From NCBI RefSeq assembly GCF_000143415.4, contig NW_003314309.1, positions 124,001 to 188,000 on the forward strand: a stretch of DNA of 64,000 bases. Reading direction: 5' to 3'. Source of the DNA: Selaginella moellendorffii (Eukaryota > Plantae > Lycopodiophyta). The position numbers and the translations under genes were made by a program. This document shows positions 57,460 through 64,000 of the stretch, one piece after another; position 1 is the first letter of the stretch; each line of letters begins with the position of its first letter. Under the pieces are notes generated by a model, which saw nothing but the letters and a program-made list of their open reading frames with translations, ran no database searches and had not been told where the DNA came from.

Positions 57460-57995
57460 CCAACTGCTAAGACAAATTGGTCCATCTCTTTCACCACCCT
57501 CTTCTCCTCACATAAACTCCTTAGCCTCAAGCATGTAGAGAGAATGGGCCAGCCTTGTGCCTTGGTATGCCAACTTTGTAGCCAACTTCCACAAGCCTTC
57601 CCATGCACGCAACCGGAATGAGAAAGCAGCCAATTTTCTTAGAATTTGCTTATCATAGCCATAGCTTTCTCACTGCTAGCATTCCAATATTCTGCCACAT
57701 CCTCTCCAAAACATTGAAACTTTGTATCCCACATCAACAATGAGAAGAGTGTCTAGAAATTTCTTCATGAGCTCCACAATCTGCTGCTACAGAGGAGTAA
57801 GCTTCTCCTTTCCTGATGGCAACTTTCCATCACAAGAGGAATTTCCATTGGAAGCATCTTATCCCCAATAACATTTACAAAATTTCTATACTTGTGCTTG
57901 CAAGAGGATTTAGATGTAGAAGCCAGGTTAGGGTATTGATTGGCTGCATTCTCACCCGGTCGTTTAAGATGACACAACGATTATTCTTGAAGCAG
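57460..57995 (-). pseudogene. MSH3: MSH3 exon 1 degenerate fragment, copy 3
   Basis: Colinear with 43275-43830. Confidence 0.8.
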
Positions 57996-58101
57996 CAGTG
58001 CCTAGTATATTTATTATAAGATTCTCATATTATTTTATTAGAATAATATTATTTGTAGGTGAACCATATATTATAGCATACTTCCTAAATCTGAGAGGGA
58101 G

Positions 58102-58270
58102 ATGGAAACTCTTTGGCTAATTATTTCCCTGTTGCATTTGTTAGTTATTGCAAGAGTGAAATTTCTGCAATATTTATCTTTAGACTCATTGGTAGATTAT
58201 AGAAATAACAATTACATTTTAAACACTTATGCAAAGGCTAATTTTCCTCCCTATGGAAGGAAGATTTTTT
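58102..58270 (+). pseudogene. GDSL lipase 5' fragment, copy
   Basis: Nearly identical to 43917-44085. Confidence 0.8.
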
Positions 58271-59231
58271 AGGAATTTAAACATTATCTACTAATTTAAG
58301 AGCATTAGATTATATGCAAAATAGTTTTACTTATATTTTCTTCACCATTACTGCCACTATAGTTTTAAAGATAAAATAATCCTTACTTTAGGTAGTGAAT
58401 TAAATAAAAAATAACACTATTCTTTTATAGATATAAATTTTTTTTATCACACCAAATTAATAGTAAACATTTCTTCTATAAACCTTATACAATGTTTTAC
58501 TATGAAAGTTCATTTAAGTAAATTTATTTTAAAATTTTTGAATTCAGCTTTATCAAGCTATGTATATATTGGATTTTACTTAATTAATATTTGGTTTTTC
58601 CTTGATGTTGGTTTAAATAAATATATTAGTAACTGTTCATTATATAAATGGGAAGAAACTATATTTTGTTGTTTAAATTTTTATTACAATAACTTGAAAC
58701 ATCTTATTACAAAAATTTGAAATTTCTATAATAGGATTTGGATCAGTTAACTCTTTGAATAATAAATTTATTTTATAAATAAAATTATTTACCATATAAT
58801 CTTGAATAAAATCTAATGAATAATTAAATAATATATTAACTATTTATTTTCAAAAAGACTTTTTACTTGACAGAATTCTTGTTTTTTTCCTTTTATATTG
58901 GAGTGTATTTGCAATATTTCTTGTTTTATTTAAAGCCTTCTTCTTTTTTGTTGCCATATCTCTCTGGAAAATTAAATCATAAGATTATTTTCAGAAATTT
59001 TAAGCTAACTTCTAATCCCAATTTCCTAATAATAGTGCTAAATCTATGCAATTTATCGTTCATCCAATGCTAATGCCATCCTAATCACGATATTAATGGC
59101 TTCCTAATTGCAATCCTAATCCATGTAATCAGTATTAATTATACTCCTAATTGCAAGGTAATGGCACAAACCTAATCACATCCTCTCAAGGATTCAAGGT
59201 TTTTTTGATTCAAGCTTTTTGTTCTTTCAAT

Positions 59232-59303
59232 CAAGCATTGCTGAGAGTTGGAATTCGAGGAGTAACGGTGAGCAATGTTCGTGGTTTAGGCACTCAAGGT
59301 GGA
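59232..59303 (+). pseudogene. PII (GLB1-like) fragment, copy
   Basis: QALLRVGIRGVTVSNVRGLGTQGG. Confidence 0.75.
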
Positions 59304-61599
59304 GCTGTGTTTTCTTTCTTTTTTCCCTGTGGAGAACAAAAGCTTCCAGGAGAAAAGAAACCAGTTCTTACCCTTGATACTTGGGAGTCTCCAAGGTCTA
59401 GAAAAAAAGGAGAGAGAAGCAAAGAAATTGGTATCACTGCGTTACCAGTCAGATCCGAGCTCCAAAGAATCCGTCCACATCCTCTATCCTCAGCAATCCA
59501 AAAGAAAAGAGAAAGAAAGCTCAAACCTTTCTGTAGCATGTTAAGATCCTTGAGCCCTCCAAGAGCGGTGCATCTATCCCTGCCCTCTCCAAATCCTGGC
59601 GCCTAGCACACCCAATGGTGTGTGGGACGAGGCTATTGCCACTGGCCAGCATCGCTCGGTACAGAATCACGCCTTAGCGGCCAAGAAGATTTCCCATTTA
59701 GCCCTAAATTCTGACACCTCTTCTTCTCGTGATTGATCTGGCAATTGGATGATTTTATCTGACTCATTCATTTTGACAGCTCATTTAATGAGCCAGCTGA
59801 GGCAAATGATATACACTTCTAGGAGTCACTGAGGTATAGAAGTATCTGTGCTGATATCCTTGATCACAGAACTTTGGATATCTAAAACTATTCCCATCCA
59901 AAAGTTTTACTTGATCAATCATCATGGATAGCATATGATTTTCCTCTCCTTCCTTAATATTGAACCACTGAACTTTAAAAATAATTCTCTTGAATGATCT
60001 AAAGTTTACGTCATAAATATCCATTAATGTACCTGTGTAATATAAAAGTTATCTATAATAATAAGAACGAAGAACCCAGACCCCCACAGCCGTCCGATCC
60101 TAGGCTCGGGGCAGCCTTGGAAGCCATGGTTCTCAGCAAGGGGAGGCTAGCCCAGGCTCGGGCCAAGGCCGGTGGCCATGGTTAGCGGGAATATTGGCTC
60201 AATGTTGTGGCGGCCAATGGGTGGGATGGATGCGTGGTGGGGAAGGGAAGAGGGCATGGTGACAGGTGTTATGCCATGCACTCCTAGGGCTCCATGGTTG
60301 CTCTAGTTGGACATGGTTGTGTGGGCATTCCCATGAGAGCCTGTGCATGGTAAGTAACAGGGGCGAGTAGAATGGTAGTCAAGCACACAATCCAGGCTCC
60401 TCTCGGGATCAACTAAGGACTGTGAGAGGCAAATTGGCTCATCTCCAACTCAGCAAAGCTTTGATCCCTATTCACCACTGCCTCATGAGCTTTTTGGCCT
60501 GCAGGAAAGCAATTATCAAAGACACTCCCTCTTCATCCCCGGATTCTCTCGAGGAATCCCTTGCTGCTAGGCCTGGTGAGGGATTGTTGTTTCAGCACAT
60601 GCTCGGGATCAACTCCGTTTGTAGGAACTTGTTTTGAGTTGACATAGGGCTGTCAAGTGGCTGTGCTAGCCAACACTGCTCCTGAAGTTTTGGAAATCCG
60701 ACATGGCACTGATGTCTGGGTTCGAGAGAGAGAGAAGGAGAGAAGTAGAAGGTGCCACCACAAGCATCCCGCCAACTGTTGGGAAAGGATGGGAAAGCTG
60801 GCATCAATCGGTTTGTTGCAGTAGCCCATGGATAAAACTGTAGTCCATGGATAGATGTATGACATTATAGTCAGCATTCCAGAATCAATCCTAAGATAAA
60901 TTTGTTTAGTATGATCATGTTAAACTAACAAAATTCACCTACATTGTCTGGAGTTCAGTCAAGCCTGCAAATGATGGAACTGGCTGAGGAGAAAAGGAGT
61001 TGTTTCCAACGCTTCTGTTATGCATACACATGCATCAGGTCAACTCCAAGTTAAGAAGAAATATTACATTAGTTGGAGAGCTTTCAACCTGCTTAGATCA
61101 GGTAACGTTCCAGTAAAAGCATTATCATTGATGTGTCTGTAAATGAAACAAAACTTGAGTGCAAAGTAGTTACCATATTAGCTATTTACATTTCAAAGAG
61201 GGTTGATATCCGCCCCAAACTGCTCGGCAGTGATCCAGCAAATTGATTTTTGTCAAGTCTCCTGAAAATACACTATTACACGAGATTGTATTCTAGCCAT
61301 CAATGACTTACATGATGGTCAGCTTGGAAAAGTTTCCAATTTCATCAGGAACTTCTCCAGAGAAGCTGTTATTGTCCAGTAACCTGAAGGACAACAGGTC
61401 CAAAAACCTCCAAGAAAATGAGAAAGATACGTACAAGTGCTTGAGTTCAGGTAAGAAATATATTTCTAGCGCGTCCACCTCTTTGTAAACCACCCAACAT
61501 TTGCTGGGCAAGTACTCGTAAAAAACTAAGATAGATCAAAATACATACCTGGAAAATCAATATGAGGTTGTTGTGGATTCCTTAACGTAATTATAATGC

Positions 61600-64000
61600 T
61601 GTCCATTGTTTTCTTATTTGCATCAATTTGAGAAACTCTAAAATGCTTTCCATTAATCTAATATACTGTATAACTCATGGCCTAAAATTTAAAACTAATT
61701 AATGATTAGTTAATATTAATTATGACTTTGCGTCCATTACCCAAATCCTTAAAAACATTTGATACTGATTCACCTCTTTGAATAGTATATTGTATGATTT
61801 CATATATAATAGCCATAGTAGGTAATAGTGGTAGCTATTTTAAATTTTCAGGAATCTATTGGTTTGGATGGTCAATCACATATTGCATTCTTGCATTATC
61901 TTTGCTTGTTGATACTTTTGAAGGATAAGTTGCATTTCCTCTACATTAAAGTAAATATATAGAGAAATATTTTCATATGCTTCTTAACTAAGTTGAATTT
62001 GTTTTTCTAGATGCTACAATCGAATACTACTATAATCAAATGGAGATATAAACTATGAAATACTTGAGCAAATTAGCACTAAAATATTATGCATATAAAA
62101 ACTCTTTTTTAATAGCAGACCTTCAGCTATAAATCTTCAAGTTTTACTTTTTGTCTTACCAAAGATTTTAAAACCCTTAAATAACACTCAATAAAAAATA
62201 TATCTCAGCTAGTTCCAGGACCAACCATCTTTAACTCATCACTTAATTATACTAATAAATGAACTTGTGTTGTCATAGCTGTTGTAAATAATGTTGCTTC
62301 CAATAAACACACATAAATAATAGACTTTTCTTTCATAATAAATTTCAAAGATCTATCTACTTCTTGAGCAGTTTAAAATCTAATTAAAATTAAAATTAAT
62401 TGAATTAAAAAAATTAAATCAATTATTACCATACAACTTCTCCAAGAAAATATATTACTTCCCATAATTGAGGTGTTGTGTTTTTCATTATAACAATGAG
62501 ATAAAAATTGTACAAAATATGTTAATTTACGTTTTAGTAAATTTAGAAACTTATTTATAGTAAATGAAGCCAATTGTTTTCATACCTATTAAATTACCTT
62601 TCTCATCGACACAATTTGAAAATTGAGTTCCATATGTTTTAAGCACTTTAAAAGCCTCTATATTATCAATAAATAATTTATTTTAATAACTTGTTAATGT
62701 CAAAATTCCATGATTAATTTTTCCATCACATCACAACCATATGTTTTACATTATTCTGCACATAACTAAGTCTAAACTAAATTTAGAAACTTACTCATAG
62801 TAAATGAAGCCAATTGTTTTCATACCTATTAAATTACCTTTCTCATTGACACAATTTGAAAATTCAGTTCCATATATTGTAAGCACTTTAAAAGCCTTTA
62901 TATTATAAATAAATAATTTATTTTGATAACTTGTTAATGTCCAAGTTCTATGATCAATTTTTCCATCACTTCACAACCGCATATTTTACCTTATTCTATA
63001 CACAACTAAGTCTTTTCTATTACTTAATTCATCATTTTTACCAGTAATAGTTTTATATATAGTTTCAAAAAAATTCTTAAATATATGCATGTAATCCTTT
63101 AAAAATGCTACTGGAAACTTATAAAAATATAGAAGTTGATAAAATGTGAATATAACCATTTCATACCATTAGGTAACGATATTTGATCTTCTTGTTTAAC
63201 CAAATAATAATATGTTGCCTAACGTTTTGGAGTCATCTGTCCTAGTATTGGTCAAATATAATTATGACCATTAAATAAACTAATTAAAATTAAATTTTAT
63301 TTTATGTTTTAGAAATAATAACTAAAATCTTACATTCTATTAGTAGACCTAAATGGATGATCCATAGGTAAGAAACACCAATATCCAATATATATATGCA
63401 TTTTTATAAATTTCATGACTATATTCCAAGGATCTAGGTCCACAGTTTAGGTAAAAGTATTTTCCTATTAATTTGAACTCCTGAATAAAATCATAATCCA
63501 AGAAAATTATGAATAAACTATCACATTGCTTCTCTAAGCTTAAAAAACTGTTAACCTTCTAACTTATAATTATCTTTGCATGGCACTCCATCCCATAATT
63601 GTTTCAACTCTTCCAAAAATAATGACCAATAAATATTAGGTACCTTAGGGAGTTTTTAATCTAATATCTGGTATAATCATAATAAGAAATATAAATTAAT
63701 TGCTAGAGTTGGTGGTATATTATTATTAATTGCAAAAATTGCCTAACATGAATATATTTTTGCCATTAATTTTGTTGGAGAAAGATCATTTTCAGCCATA
63801 GTAAAATGTATATTTTTTGGATCTACTGCAAAATTTGGGTAATCATCTTTGAGTTTTTTTTAAATTGAACCATCTGCAGGCATTCTCATTATTCCATTAG
63901 TGGACTGATGATCAAATGATAAATGATGTATTGTGTTATTTCTCTACATTGAAATTATTATTGAAGTCAAGGTATAATAGAGAAATAGTCCATTATTTTC
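61600..64000 (-). mobile_element. CACTA transposase relic, last unit; runs off the right edge
   Basis: Homologous to 47330-49560. Confidence 0.7.

Larger units (their letters stand above)
40430..64000. repeat. Tandem segmental duplication with a ~14.2-kb period (40430-49560 vs 54560-64000); related unit at ~18000-36500
   Basis: ORF tracks recur at offsets of ~14130-14260 (e.g. 41512/55675, 43596/57765, 44945/59151, 48118/62373). Confidence 0.93.

Overview
Eukaryotic plant genomic DNA, not prokaryotic. Very short GT-AG introns (about 40-100 bp), the style of the PLS-class PPR repeats and an intron-containing acetate kinase suggest a seed-free land plant, most likely the lycophyte Selaginella (inference). 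The left third (1-17.9 kb) is a retrotransposon graveyard. It holds a Ty3/gypsy element with a tRNA-Ala PBS, an acetate kinase pseudogene, a near-perfect 4,406-bp tandem duplication carrying a deleted chromodomain Ty3/gypsy element, and a 195-bp solo LTR containing the 5S rRNA internal promoter (Cassandra-like). The rest (18-64 kb) is about three tandem copies of a 14-17 kb mosaic unit. The unit contains a CACTA transposase relic and CACTA end, an LRR receptor-like protein gene, a convergent PPR pseudogene, a mitochondrial-carrier fragment, MSH3 fragments, a GDSL lipase relic, and PII and other gene fragments. Unit 1 also carries a nearly full-length but broken MSH3. Only LRR-RLP copy 1 (846 aa) looks fully intact. 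The RLP paralogs differ in LRR number and mostly at solvent-exposed LRR residues, and their promoters are W-box rich. This looks like a rapidly diversifying Cf-like immune receptor cluster. Micro-inversions, small deletions, a gene-conversion tract and strong C->T/G->A erosion are visible between repeat copies. All comparisons were made by eye, and reference motifs are recalled from memory.
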